Notes: generated by a model from the letters alone, not told the origin. A stretch of DNA of 64,000 nucleotides from Pristiophorus japonicus (GCF_044704955.1 NC_091979.1:165850001-165914000); one strand, 5' to 3'. Shown: positions 24,620-38,047, counted from the stretch's first letter. Program-made: numbers and translations.

Positions 24620-27600
24620 GGGCTAGAACCTCCACTTTTTTTGCATGCTTAATGCCCACCTAACATCCATTTTACTGCTGAAATGACGTATAACGCCCAG
24701 ATATCGCCCATTTTGGTACAAAATGGAATCTGACGGGCATTTTTGGGAAACTTATCGGCGAGCGTTACTTTCCCCATCTGCTTAACGGCAGGAAAAAATA
24801 TTACCGCCCGCCCATTATTTTTGGGTGGAATCATCTGAATGGGTGAATTCAACGCCTATAATATTGCCCAGCGTTACTTTCCACACAGAATTAACGCCGA
24901 GATTCAATAATATCGTCCGCCCACTTTTTTTGGTCGTCAAGAGCACATCTGGCGAAAGTAACATCCAGGAGATCGCCCACCGTCACTTTCACCACCTCGC
25001 ACAAATATCGATCAGAATATCGCTCACCCAAAAAACGCCCAGGATAAGTGGAACTGTTCTGAACAAACGCCAGCGGTGTGGCTGGCATTTTTAAAATCGC
25101 ACTCTTACATGAGGAGCTGAGATCTGAACGATTTACCTGAAAGAACGTTGATGTGAGTGACAACGCTGACACACTGCTGTGTGTGTGCAGCTTAGACATC
25201 AATGGTGCCCATCAACTTGGTGCCAGTTAAAGTTTACGTTGATTGATGTTAAGTTGTATTTAACCCTTTCATGTTAAGGAATCACCAGAGTGTAACGGTG
25301 CAGCTATCTGAGACAATGCGCAACAAGATTATGTTCAATAACAAAACTGTTATACCAGCATTGGTCTGAAATCGTAAGTATCACAGCCAATAACACCCAA
25401 CCCCCGCCCATACCCCACTTTTTTCACCATTGACATCAATCAAATGTTCAACATGTCCAGCAACACAGAATGCAAAGGCAAAGCAGGAGCGTGGTCCCCA
25501 GCTCCCATACATTACAACAAATTGCATACACCCAGATGGAGATATAACACAGCCATCGCCTGCGGACATGCACCTCACTTTCCTTCCCCACTCCCCTTCT
25601 TCTCCCCATGACTCCCCCCTTCCCCTCCTCGCTCCACAGCGACTGGCCGAGCGGGAGGCACCGACAGGGCAACATTCTCTGATGCAGAAGCAGGATCTTG
25701 GTCCTTGCTCTCATCTGTCGTTCGCAGAGGTGGTGCGGAACCTAGGGGTGGAGTGCAGCACTCAGGGACCACTGGGAGGCTTGTGGCAGCAGTGTTCCTG
25801 GCTATCGCATCCAGGGCCTCCGCCATCCGCAGAATGTACTCAGTCGTGGTGGCCAGCTGTCGGGATATGCCCCCCAATGCTTCGATGAGCTGGTCACCAA
25901 TGTCTACAGTCCTCCTGGACTCTTGTACCATCTCTCCGCTGTCATGTGGCGCTCATGGAACAGACCTGCCGCATCCACGAGACCTCCACGGGGTCGGCGC
26001 CATCCTGGGGACAAATGGGGTGCCCTGTGGCGAGGTGCTTGGGACCGGTACCTCCAGAGTGGAGGCGGCAATGACCGGAGGACCACTAGATCGTCTTGAG
26101 GTGGAATGCCTTCTGGAGCATGGCGATGCAGGTTCTTCGAAGTCCGCGCTCTCATCCTTGGAGAACAGACCCAGCGGATTGACGGGTTAGAATCGGAGCT
26201 CCTCAGCACCAGATGTTGGATCGTCCGAAGAGTCGTGCTCCATGCCCCCACCTTCTGGCCACCGTGGTCTTGCCTTGGGACACGCTGCTGGCTGAGCTGC
26301 AAAACATAAATGAGGTTATTAGAGGAGAAGGGGGTGCTAGGATCACAAGGTGAGTCCAGCGCTACACACAGCATATGCACGACAAAAGCACCATCTCTCT
26401 TAAAATCATCGCAGACCTCACATTTCATGACCATCAACATATTTGCATTCCAATGATTTTCATTAGGCCATCATTATTTCTATGACAATTTTAGAAATCA
26501 TCTATCATATATGATTGTTCGGATATGAGTGGGTATGGCATCTATTGAATTTACATCACGCAGTTGTGTAAGCTTTACTCGCGTGGCATCACTTCAGGGT
26601 CTGCAGATGCGTCCATGGCTGTCCGGGGGTGCTTCCCCAGGAGTATGAGCACCCGCTCCTCCATCTCAGTGATGTCGCGAGGGACTGGTGGCGCCGCCCC
26701 CCCCCCATCCGTTTGCCTCTGCACGGACCTCGTCCATAGCTTCTTCTGTAAAAGGTGACAGGACGACATAGCATGAGATCATTGCGTGATATCTTTGCTA
26801 AGTACTGTCACAGAGACTGATACAACACATAACCGATGTAATCATGATTATTATGGAAATTATCATTCTTTACCTAAAGACGTGCACCGTGACCGCAGGC
26901 TTTGAGTAAAACATTCCCGATAAAAGTGAAAGATCTCACATCTGATGATAGTCACTCATGACTTTTACAAATCAAATTATATAAATACATAAGTACATGT
27001 AAATCAATGTAATGCTTACTCTTACGGATCCCCCAAGATCGTTGAATCGTTTGCGGCATTGGTTGCTGACACGAACTTCATTGGTCGCCGACGAGACCAC
27101 CTTGGCTATCTCGGTCCATATCCTCTGATATGCCTTTGGGGTGGGCTTCCCACACCCTCCCTGTGGCAAATCACCCCAGCATGACTTGACCTCCTGCAGG
27201 AGGGAGTCATTTGCCTTGTCCGAGAACCTGCTGGCTCCTTTGCGCCCTCCAATGTGCTCTTCTCCCACCTCACTGCTCTCTCCAGCGTCAGTCTCCACAG
27301 TGTGCTGTGGTGCCTCCTCTTCTCTCTCCATTATAGGCCAAATTTGGGCAAATATGTGGCTGGTAACAGCTACTTTTTGTTTGCCTACTTGCTGTGAAGC
27401 TCTAAAGTCTCCCTCCTTCCTCCCAAAGCAGCCACACCATACCCAGCCACGCTTTCAGTGCCTCTGAGCTCCCTCTCTCTCTGTCTCTTCTTCTGCGCAT
27501 GTCATGATGACTCTTGACCTCCTGAATCACGGGAATCTAGCGTTGCCATGCCGTTGTTAAGGACGGCCACACTTTACGGCAGAAGGTCAAAAAATGTTAC

Positions 27601-27736
27601 GCTACTGCCCATTTTATATCGCTCACGGTAACGCCCATTTTCAAAAATGGAGACGAGGTGCTTTGAGAATGGGCGAGAAGCCGGCGATCTGCCCACGCCA
27701 GAAGGGTGATAAGCACAAAAGTGGAGGTTCTAGCCC
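24620..27736 (-). mobile_element. PIF/Harbinger-type DNA transposon, 3117 bp, no recognisable transposase
   Basis: Perfect 20-bp TIR gggctagaacctccactttt / aaaagtggaggttctagccc; 3-bp TSD TAT; carries a Myb/SANT-like gene. Confidence 0.9.
25575..27331 (-). pseudogene. Three-exon Myb/SANT-like DNA-binding protein gene of the Harbinger element
   Basis: Exon 1 27331-27020 (RFSD..LLQEV..W..IW.EIA..VS....R...QCRKRFNDL); exon 2 26745-26583 (GGG motif, donor gcgagt); exon 3 from 26296 has an early in-frame TAA followed by a coiled-coil-like segment. Confidence 0.78.
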
Positions 27737-30254
27737 TATGTCCCCTAGTTTTAGTTTCCCCTATGAGTGGAAATATCCGCTCTGAATCCACTTTGTCAAG
27801 CCCCCTCATTATCTGATAAGTTTCAATAAGATCACATCTCATTTTTCTGAACTCCAGTGTGCATAGGCCCAAACTACTCAACCTATCCTCATAAGTCAAC
27901 CTTCTCATCTCAGGAATCAACCTAGTGAACCTTCTCTGAACAGCCTCCAATGCAAGTATATCCTTCTTTAAATACGGAGACCAAAACTGTATGCAGTACT
28001 CCAGATGTGGCCTCACCAATACCCTGTACAGTTGTAGCAGGACTTATCTGCTCTTATACTCTATCCCCCTTGTAATAAAGGCCAACATTCCATTTGCCTT
28101 CCTGATTACTTGCTGTACCTGCGTACTAACTTTTTGTGTTTCATGCACAAGGACCCCCGGGTCTCTCTCTACTGCAGCACTTTGCAATTTTTCTCCATTT
28201 AAATTATAATTTGCTTATCTATTATTTCTGCCAAAGTGGATAACCTCACATTTTCCCACATTATACTCCATCTGCCTAATTTTTGCCCACTCACTTAGCC
28301 TGTCTAAATTCCTTTGCAGATTTTTTGTGTCCTCCTCACAATTTGCTTTCCCTTTCATAAAACCATGCTGTCTCTGCTTGATTGAATCGTGCGTTTCCAA
28401 ATGTTCCGCTACTGCTTCCTTAATAATGGATGACAGATGTTACGCTAACTGGTCTATAATTTCCTGCTTTTTGTCTGCCTCCTTTTTTAAAGTGAGTTGT
28501 TCTTACATTGAACAACTTCTCCTTTCACTCCACTCACTTCCTCCAAATTAAAGGTGTTGCGATGAGAACCCAGTTGGGTCCTAGCTATGCCTGCCTTTTC
28601 GTGGGATATGTGGAACATTCATTGTTCCAGTCCTCAGGTCCCCTCCCTCAGCTCTTTTTCCAGTACATTGCTGACTGTATTGGTGCCATTTCCTGCTCTC
28701 TCATTTGAAAATTTCATTCACTTTGCATCCAATTTCCACCCTTCCCTCACCTTCACATGGTCCATCTCCTACTCTTCCCTTCCCTTCCTCGACTTCTCTG
28801 CCTCCATTTCAGGGAATAGGCTATTGACAAACATTCACTACAAGCCTGCTGACTCCCACAGCTACCTGGACTACACTTCCTCCCATCCTGCATCCTGTAA
28901 GGCCTCCATTCCATTCTCCCAGTTTCTCCGTCTCCGTCGCATCTGTTCTGACGATGCCATACTAGTGCCTCTGATGTGTCTTCCTTTTTCCTCAACCAAG
29001 GATTCCCCTCCACCTTGGTTAACATGGCCCTTGACTGTGTCCGTTTATTTCCCACACCTCTGCTCTCACCCTTTCCCCTCCCTCTCAGAACCACCACAGG
29101 GTTCCCCTTGTCCCCACCTTTCACCCCACCAGCCTCCATGTTCAACGGATCATCCTCCACCGTTTCTGCCACCTCCAGCGTGATCCCACCACCAAAACAC
29201 ATCTTCCCGTCCCCTCCCCTCAGCATTCGGAAGGGACTGCTCCCGCCGCGTCATCCTGATCCACTCCTCAATCACCCCCAGCATCCCCTCCCCTTTTCAC
29301 GGCACCTTCCTATGCAAACGCAGGAGATGCAACACCTGCCCTTTTACCTCCTCCCTTCCCACTGTCCCCTCCTCCCTTCCCACTGTCCAGGCCCCAAACA
29401 CTTCTTCCAGTTGAAACAGCGATTTACTTGTACTTTTTTCGCTTTAGTATGCTGTATTCGCTTCTCTCGATGTGGTCTCCTCTACATTGGGGAGACCAAA
29501 CACAGATTGGGTGACCGCTTTGCAGAACACCTCCATTCAGTCCATAAGTGTGACCCTGAGCTTCCGGTTGCCTGTCACTTTAATTCTCCGCTCCACTCCC
29601 ACTCTGATCTCTCCATCCTCGGCCTCCTACAATATTCCAGTGAAGCTCAACGTAAGCTCGAGGAACAGCACCTCATCTTTCATTTAGGCACTTTACAGCC
29701 TTCTGGACTCAACATCGAGTTCAACAATTTCAGACCATAACCTCTGCCCACATTTTTCTCCCTTTTTTTTTCCAACTCCAATCTTTTTTTTCTCTTTCCC
29801 ATGGCAACTGGTGATGATTCTGTCATTCACACCCCATGTGGACTCACCTTTTGTTTATTAACTTGTCCCATACCATCTCATTTTTGCCCATCATCCCTTT
29901 TGTCTTTTAATCTCTTCTGCCTTTCACCCTATCACAGACCTTCCATTTTGTTCCTTCCTCCCCTCCCCCTTTCACTGCACCTGCACTTTCTTAAGAATCT
30001 GTTACATCTCAAACTTTACCAGTTCTGACAAATGGTCTCACACCTGAAACGTTAACTCTGTTTCTCTGCACAGATGCTGGTTGACCTGCTGAGATTTATA
30101 GCATTTTCTGTTATTATCTTTGTACGTTTACCACCAAGAGTTCAAAATAGTCACAGATAGACATCATGTTAATGCTAACACTTCATAAATCTAGCTGCTC
30201 TGTAAGAATCTTGGGGTAAAATTTAACTTTGGTGAGTACGAATAATAGCAACAA

Positions 30255-30338
30255 CACCTGATGGCCAAATCCACAGAATAATGAGTTGACCATTTATACA
30301 GAGTCATCTTATTTTTCTGTAGATTTGGCCATCAGGTG
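30255..30338. repeat. Short imperfect palindrome (hairpin)
   Basis: cacctgatggccaaatc(c)acaga ... tctg(t)agatttggccatcaggtg. Confidence 0.85.
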
Positions 30339-30384
30339 ATGATGGTATTTTTGGTAGTAGCAACCATATGTGCTTTGTGGGTAC

Positions 30385-31617
30385 AGAAACAAAGAAAGTA
30401 GGTGCAGGAGTAGGCCATTCGGCCCTTCAAGCCTGCATCACCATTCAATATGATCATGGCTGATCATGCAACTTCAGTACCCCATTCCTGCTTTCTCTCC
30501 ATACCCCTTAATCCCTTTAGCCATAAGGGCCACATCTAACTCCCTTTTGAATATATCCAACGAACTGGCTTCAACAACTTTCTGTGGTAGAGAATTCACA
30601 GGTTCACAACTCTCGGTGAGTGAAGAAATTTCTCCTCATCTCGGTCTTAAATAGCTTACCCATTATCCTTAGACTGTGATCCCTGGTTCTGGACTTCCCC
30701 AACATCAGGAACATTCTTCCTGCATCTAACCTGTTCAATCCTGTCAGAATTTTATATGTTTCTATGAGATCCCCTCTCATTCTTCTAAATTCCAGTGAAT
30801 ATAAGCCTAGTCGATCCAGTCTTTCTTCATGTGTCAGTCCTGCCATCCCGGGAATCAGTCTGGTGAACCTTCGCTGCACTCCCTCAATAGCAAGAATGTC
30901 CTTCCACAGATTAGGAGACCAAAACTGCACACAATACTCAAGGTGTGGTCTCACCAAGGCCCAGTACAACTGCAGTAAGACCTCCTTGCTCCTATACTCA
31001 AACCCCCTCGCTATGAAGGCCAACATGCCATTTGCTTGCTGTACCTGCATGCCTACGTTCAATGACTGATGTACCATGACACCCAGGTCTCATTGCCCCT
31101 CCTCTTTTACTAATCTGTCACCATTCAGATAATAATCTGCCTTCCTTTTTTTTCAACCAAAGCGGATAACCTCACACTTATCCACATGATACTGCATCTG
31201 CCATGCATTTGCCCATTCATCTCACCTGTCCAAGTCCTTCTGCAGCCTCCTAGCATCCTCCTTGCAGCTCGCACTGCCACCCAGCTTAGTGTCATCTGCA
31301 AACTTGGAGATATTACATTCAATTCCTTTGTCTAAATCATTAATGTATATTGTAAATAGCACTGAACCTTGCGGCACCCCACTTGTCACTGCCTGCCATT
31401 CAGAAAAGGACCCGTTTATTCCTACTCTTTGCTTCCTGTCTGCCAACCAGTTCTCTATCCACGTCAATACATTACCCTCAATACCATGTGCTTTAATTTT
31501 GCACACTAATTTCTTGTATGGGACCTTTTCAAAAGCCTTTTGAAAGTCCAAATACACCACATCCACTGGTTCTCCCTTGTCCACGCTACTAGTTACATCC
31601 TCAAAAAAATCTAGAAT
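30385..31617 (-). mobile_element. CR1 LINE, 5'-truncated
   Basis: [34 protein letters not shown]; tail at 30385. Confidence 0.93.
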
Positions 31618-31738
31618 GGAAAGATATTGGATTTTTTAAATCCTGAAATAGATAAGACCAGGGATACCTTAGAGCAGATATTTTAAGCAGGCAGTTTTGT
31701 AAAATAATTAATAGCCAATAGTTGCAGTTGCTTGTAGT

Positions 31739-33984
31739 TGGAGAGTGACACAGTTAATTCAGAAACTAGGGTCCTGAACTTAAGGAAAGGTAACTTCGAT
31801 GGTTTGAGGCATGAATTGGCTAGAGTAGACTGGCAAATGATACTTAAAGGGTTGACGGTGGATAGACAATGGCAAAACATTTAAAGATCACATGGACGAA
31901 CTTCAGCAATTGTACATCCCTGTCTGGAGTAAAAATAAAACGGGGAAGGTAGCTTACCGTGGCTAACAATGGAAATTAAGGATAGTATTAAATCCAAGGA
32001 AGAGGCATATACATTGGCCAGAAAAAGCAGCAAACCTGAGGACTGGGAGAATTTTATAATACAGCAGAGGAGGACTAAGGGTTTAATTAGGAGGGGGAAA
32101 ATAGAGTATGAGAGGAAGCTTGCTGGGAACATAAAAACTGACTGCAAAAGCTTCTATAGATATGTGAAGAGAAAAAGATTAGTGAAGACAAACGTAGGTC
32201 CCTTGAAGTCAGATTCAGGCAAATTTATAATGGGGAACAAAGAAATAGCAGACCAGTTAAACAAATACTTTGGTTCTATCTTCACGAAGGAAAACACAAA
32301 TAACCTTCCGGAAATATCAAGGGACCGAGGGTCTAGTGAGAAGGAGGAAGTGAAGGAAATCCTTATTAGACAGGAAATTGGGTTAGGGAAATTGATGGGA
32401 TTGAAGGCCGATAAATCCCCGGAGCCTGATCGTCTGCATCCCAGAGTACTTAAGGAAGTAGCTCTAGAAATAGTGGATGCATTGGTGATCATTTTCCAAC
32501 AGTTTATCGACTCTGGATCGGTTCCTATGGACTGGAGGATAGCTAATGTAACACCACTTTTTAAGAAGGGAGGCAGAGAGAAGGCGGGTAATTATAGACC
32601 GGTTAGCCTGACATCAGTCGTGGGGGAAATATTGGAATCAATTATTAAAGATGAAATAGCAGCACATTTGGAAAGCAGTTACGGGATCGGTCCAAGTCAG
32701 CATGGATTTATGAAAGGGAAATCCCACACAGACAAATCTTCTCAAATTTTTTGAGGATGTAAATGGTAGAGTGGACAAGGGAAAACCAGTGGATGTGGTG
32801 TATTTGGACTTTCAAAAGGCTTTTGACAAGTTCCCACACAAGAGATTGGTGTGCAAAATTAAAGCACTTGGTATTGGGGGTAATGTACTGACGTGGATAG
32901 AGACCTGGTTGGCAGACAGGAAGCATAGAGCCGGAATAAATGGGTCCTTTTCAGAATGGCAGGCAGTGACTAGTGGGGTGCCGCAGGGCTCAGTGCTGGG
33001 ACCGCAGCTCTTTACAATATACATTAATGATTTGGATGAAGGAATTGAGTGTAATATCTCCAAGTTTGCAGATGACACTAAGCTGGGTGGCAGTGTGAGC
33101 TGTGAGGAGGATGCTAAAAGGCTGCAGGGTGACTTGGACAGGTTAGGTGAATAGGCAAATGCATGGCAGATGCAGTATAATGTGGATAAATGTGAGGTTA
33201 TCCACTTTGGTGGCACAAACACAAAGGCAGAATATTATTTGAATGGCGGCAGATTAGGAAAAGGGGGAGGTGTAACGAGACCTGGGTGTCATGGTACATC
33301 AGTCATTGAAAGTTGGCATGCAGGTACAGCAGGCAGTGAAGAAGGCAAATGTTATGTTGGCCTTCATAGCTAGGGGATTTGTGTATCGGAGCAGGGAGGT
33401 CTTACTGCAGTTGTACAGGGCCTTAGTGAGGCCTCACCTGGAATATTGTGTTCAGTTTTGGTCTCCCAATCTGAGGAAGGACATTCTTGCTATTGAGGGA
33501 ATGCAGCGAAGGTTCACCAGACTGATTCCCGGATGGCAGGACTGACATATGAGGAGAGACTGGATCGTTTATTCACTGGAGTTTAGAAGGATGAGAGGGG
33601 ATCTGATAGAAACATATAAGATTCTGACGGGACTGGACAGGTTAGATGCAGGAAGAATGTTCCCGATGTTGGGGAAGTCCAGAACCAGGGGACATAGTCT
33701 CAGGATAAGGGGTAAGCCATTTAGGACTGAGATGAGGAAAACTTCTTCACTCGGAGAGTTGTTAACCTGTGGAATTCCCTACCGCAGAGAGTTGTTGATG
33801 CCAGCTCATTGGATATATTCAAGAGTGAGTTCGATATGGCCCTTATGGCTAAAGGGATCAAGGGGTATGGAGAGAAAGCAGGAAAGGGGTACTGAGGTGA
33901 ATGATCAGCCATGATCTTATTGAATGGTGGTGCTAGCCCGAAGGGCTGAAAGGCCTACTCCTGCACCTATTTTCTATGTTTCTA
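31739..33984 (+). mobile_element. CR1 LINE, 5'-truncated, disrupted ORF2
   Basis: NYRPVSLTS, SQHGF, KFADD; tttctatg tail at ~33975. Confidence 0.94.
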
Positions 33985-34377
33985 AACAATATTATTCCAA
34001 TGGATCTCTGTGGCAAAAAGGAATCATAAAGATTTGACCTTGTTTGAAAGACACCATGAAACTATTATACCACAATGATGCTTCTTGGAGAAAAAGCTGT
34101 AAAGTGAGTTTTATTTTATTTTTATAAGATGTCATAATTTCAATTGTCATTTAAATTTCACGACAGTATATTTTTTGTTTAAAGTGGAATTTTCAATAAT
34201 GTGTTTCAGGAACTGCAGTAAAATACATTGCCTTATGAATATTATTCTAGTACCTGTAATCTAGGCTGAATCGACAGAAAACAGTCACTAAAATCAATTT
34301 GAGTTTTAGCAGCACTGCATGACACTGAATAGTAATCTGCTCCCTTTATATTTGGAGATCCAAATCCTTGCAGTTGT

Positions 34378-37206
34378 CTATGTGATGTAATTGGCATCAC
34401 GGAGACATGGCTCCAGGGTGACCAAGGCTGGGAACTCAACATCCAGGGGTATTCAACATTTAGGAAGGATAGGCAGAGAGGAAAAGGAGGCAGGGTGGCG
34501 TTGCTGGTTAAAGAGGAAATTAATGCAATAGTAAGGAGGGACATTAGCCTGGATGATGTGGAATCGGTATGGGTGGAGCTGCGGAATTCCAAAGGGCAGA
34601 AAACGCTCGTGGGAGTTGTGTACAGACCACCGAACAGTAGTAGTGAGGTTGGGGACAGCATCAAACAGAAATAAGGGATGTGTGCAATAAAGGCACAGCA
34701 GTTATCATGGGCGACTTTAATCTACATATTGATTGGGCTAACCAAACTGGTAGCAATGCGGTGGAGGAGGATTTTCTGGAGTGTATTAGGGATGGTTTTC
34801 TAGACCAATATGTCAAGGAACCAACTAGAGAGCTGGTCATTCTAGACTGGGTGATGTGTAAGGAGAAGGGACTAATTAGCAATCTTGTTGTGCGAGGTCC
34901 CTTGGGGAAGAGTGACCATAATATGGGAGAATTCTTTATTAAGATGGAGAGTGACACAGTTAATTCGGAAACTAGGGTCCTGAACTTAAGGAAAGGTAAC
35001 TTCGACGGTATGAGGCATGAATTGGCTAGAATAGACTGGCAAAGAATACTTAAAGGATTGACGGTGGATAAGCAATGGCAAACATTTAAAGATCACATGG
35101 ATGAACTTCAGCAATTGTACATCCCTGTCTGGAGTAAAAATAAAACTGGGAAGGTGGCTCAACCGTGGCTAACAAGGGAAATTAAGGATCGTATTAAAAC
35201 CAAGGAAGAGGCATATAAATTGTCCAGAAAAGCAACAAACCTGAGGACTGGGAGAAATTTAGAATTCAACAGAGGAGGACTAAGGGTTTAATTAAGAGGG
35301 GGAAAGTAGAGTACGAGAGGAAGCTTGCAGGGAACATAAAAACTGACTGCAAAAACTTCTATAAATATGTGAAGAGAAAAAGATTAGTAAAGACAAACAT
35401 AGGTCCCTTGCAGTTGGATTCAGGTGAATTTATAATGGGGAACAAAGAAATGGCAGACCAATTGAACAAATACTTCGGTTCTGTCTTCATGAAGGAAGAC
35501 ACAAATAACCTTCCGAATGTACTAGGGGACAGTGGGTCTAGTGAGAAGGAGGAACTGAAGGATATCCTTATTAGGCGGGAAATTGTGTTCAGGAAATTGA
35601 AGGGATTGAAGGCCGATAAATCCCCGGCGCCCGATGGTCTACATCCCAGAGTACTTAAGAAAGTGGCCCTAGAAATAGTGGATGCATTGGTGATCATTTT
35701 CCAACAGTCTATCGACTCTGGATCAGTTCCTATGGACTGGAGGATAGTTAATGTAACACCACTTATTAAAAAAGGAGGGAGAGAGAAAACAGGTCATTAT
35801 AAACCGGTTAGCCTGACATCAGTAGTGGGGAAAATATTGGAATCAATCATTAAGGATGAAATAGCAACGCATTTGGAAAACAGTGACAGGATCGGTCTAA
35901 GTCAGCATGGATTTATGAAAGGGAAATCATGCTTGACGAATCTTCTGGAATTTTTTGAGGATATAACTCGCAGAGTGGACAAGGGAGAACCAGTGGATGT
36001 GCTGTATTTGGACTTTCAAAAGGTTTTTGACAAGGTCCCGCACAAGAGATTGGTGTGCAAAATCAAAGTGCATGGTTTTGAAGGTAATGTACTGACGTGG
36101 ATAGAGAACTAGTTGGCAGACAGGAAGCAGAGAATCGGGATAAATGGGTCCTTTTCAGAATGGCAGACAGTGACTAGTGGAGTGCTGCAGGGCTCAGTGC
36201 TGGGACCCCAGCACTTTACAATATACATTAATGATTTAGATGAAGGAATTGAGTCTAGTATCTCCAAGTTTGCAGACGACACTAAACTGGGTGGCGGTGT
36301 GAGCTGTGAGGAGGATGCTAAGAGGCTGCAGGGTGACTTGGACAGGTTAGGTGAGTGGGCAAATGCATGGCAGATGCAGTATAATGTGGATAAATGTGAG
36401 GTTATCCATTTTGGGGGTAAAAACACGAAGGCAAAATATTATCTGAATGGCGGCAGATTAGGAAAAGGGAAGGTGCAACGAGACCTGGGTGCCATGGTTT
36501 ATTAGTCATTGAAAGTTGGCATGCAGGTACAGCAGGCGGTGAAGAAGGCAAATTGTATGTTGGCCTTCATAGCTAGGGGATTTGAGTATAGGAGCAGGGA
36601 GGTCTTACTGCAGTTGTACAAGGCCTTAGTGAGGCCTCACCTGGAATATTGTGTTCGGTTTTGGTCTCCTAATCTGAGGAAGGATGTTATTGCTATTGAG
36701 GGAGTACAGCGAAGGTTCACCAGACTGATTCCAGGGATGGCTGGACTGTCATATGAGGAGAGACTGGATCAACTGGGCCTTTATTCACTGGAGTTTGGAA
36801 GGATGAGAGGGGATCTCATAGAAACGTATAAGATTGTGACGGGACTGGACAGATTAGATGTGGGAAGAATGTTCCTGATGTTGGGGAAGTCCAGAACCAG
36901 GGGACATAGTCTTAGGATAAGGGGTAGGCCATTTAGGACTGAGTTGAGGAGAAACTTCTTCACTCAGAGAGTTGTTAACCTGTGGAATTCCCTGCTGCAA
37001 AAAGTTGTTGATGACAGTTCATTGGATATATTCAAGAGGGAGTTAGATATGGCCCTTTTGGCTAAGGGGATCAAGGGGTATGGAGAGAAAGCAGGAAAGG
37101 GGTACTGAGGGAATGATCAGCCATGATCTTATTGAATGGCGGTGTAGGCTCGAAGGGCCAAATGGCCTACTCCTGCACCTATTTTCTATGTTTCTGTGTT
37201 TCTATG
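34378..37206 (+). mobile_element. CR1 LINE, near-complete ORF2 with stops and frameshifts
   Basis: APE motifs MGDFN and SDH; RT motifs; (tttctatg)n tail. Confidence 0.95.
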
Positions 37207-37526
37207 AGCTTTGAGAAATTTGCTGTGCTTTGACGTATTTCTAGTTGTGCCTTACTAGTGAGTATGAAAGCCTCTGCTGGAACTTATATTGCTCACAGCA
37301 TTTTAAAACCTCAAAATGTTTTTATTGCAGGTGTGGGGGTGGGTGGAGGCAAGAGTGATTTAGGGGAGAATTGTTTATTCTCATAATTTTTCTTTCATTG
37401 AGTATTTCTAAATTTAATTTCCAAATGCATGGATGTTTGTCCCTGTTTCAGCTTGCTATTGTTGAAACCAATCAAGAAGCTTACATGGGACTTTCAGATA
37501 ATAATGACACAATTTGCTCTCTGTAG

Positions 37527-37665
37527 GATGCAATGAGGAGCCCAGAGAAGCGTTCTGCTCTGCCCAGACCTTCTTCAATCCTGTCCACTCGCCGGGCTCC
37601 ACCAGAAGAAAAAGATTTCATTCCAGCTACAAGCCCAGTTTATTCTGCACCAAGACGACCAACAA
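37527..37665 (+). CDS. map2: map2 exon (139 nt, phase 0-1) DAMRSPEKRSALPRPSSIL...RRPT
   Basis: ctgtag|GAT acceptor, CAA|gttagt donor. SPEKRSxLPRPSSIL is diagnostic of MAP2. Confidence 0.95.
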
Positions 37666-38047
37666 GTTAGTTTTGTACTTATTTTTGAAAACATAGGGAT
37701 AACTAATTTTGAACAATATACCCCATAATATCGAGTTTTCGATCATATGAGATATAAGCATTGTGAAGGAAAGTCAAAAAAGTGTTTACATTGCATTTTC
37801 TTTGCTGAATTAGGACATGATGCATACAATGTCAAAATTATTCTAGACATGCAACCTGCTCAGTATTTTATCAATACAATTATTTACAACAGTGACTACA
37901 CTCCAAAAGTACTTCATTGACTGTAAAGCACTTTGAGATGTCCGGTGGTCTGTTTTTCTTTCTTTCTTTATAATTATTTGTAGATAATTAATGTAGAGGA
38001 AAGCCAAACATAGTTCAGTTTCAAGACCTAACCAATTTGCTGGAGTC

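Larger units (their letters stand above)
24296..28490 (-). mobile_element. CR1 LINE fragment inserted in the Penelope element, interrupted by a Harbinger element
   Basis: Tail at 24296; RPHLEYCIQFWSP at ~28000; flanking ttgttct repeated at 24288 and 28497. Confidence 0.88.
20674..30119 (+). mobile_element. Penelope-like retroelement (RT + GIY-YIG) with inverted terminal repeats, split by nested insertions
   Basis: ORF pieces: ADKGGAVVVW (~21160), 23860-24294, QIKGVAM..GPSYACLF (28540-28600) and GIY-YIG-like CGLLYIGETKHRLGDRFAEH (~29470). Terminal ~320 bp inverted (20700-21020 vs 29800-30115). 12-bp TSD ttgtac(a/g)tttac at 20662 and 30120. Confidence 0.88.
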
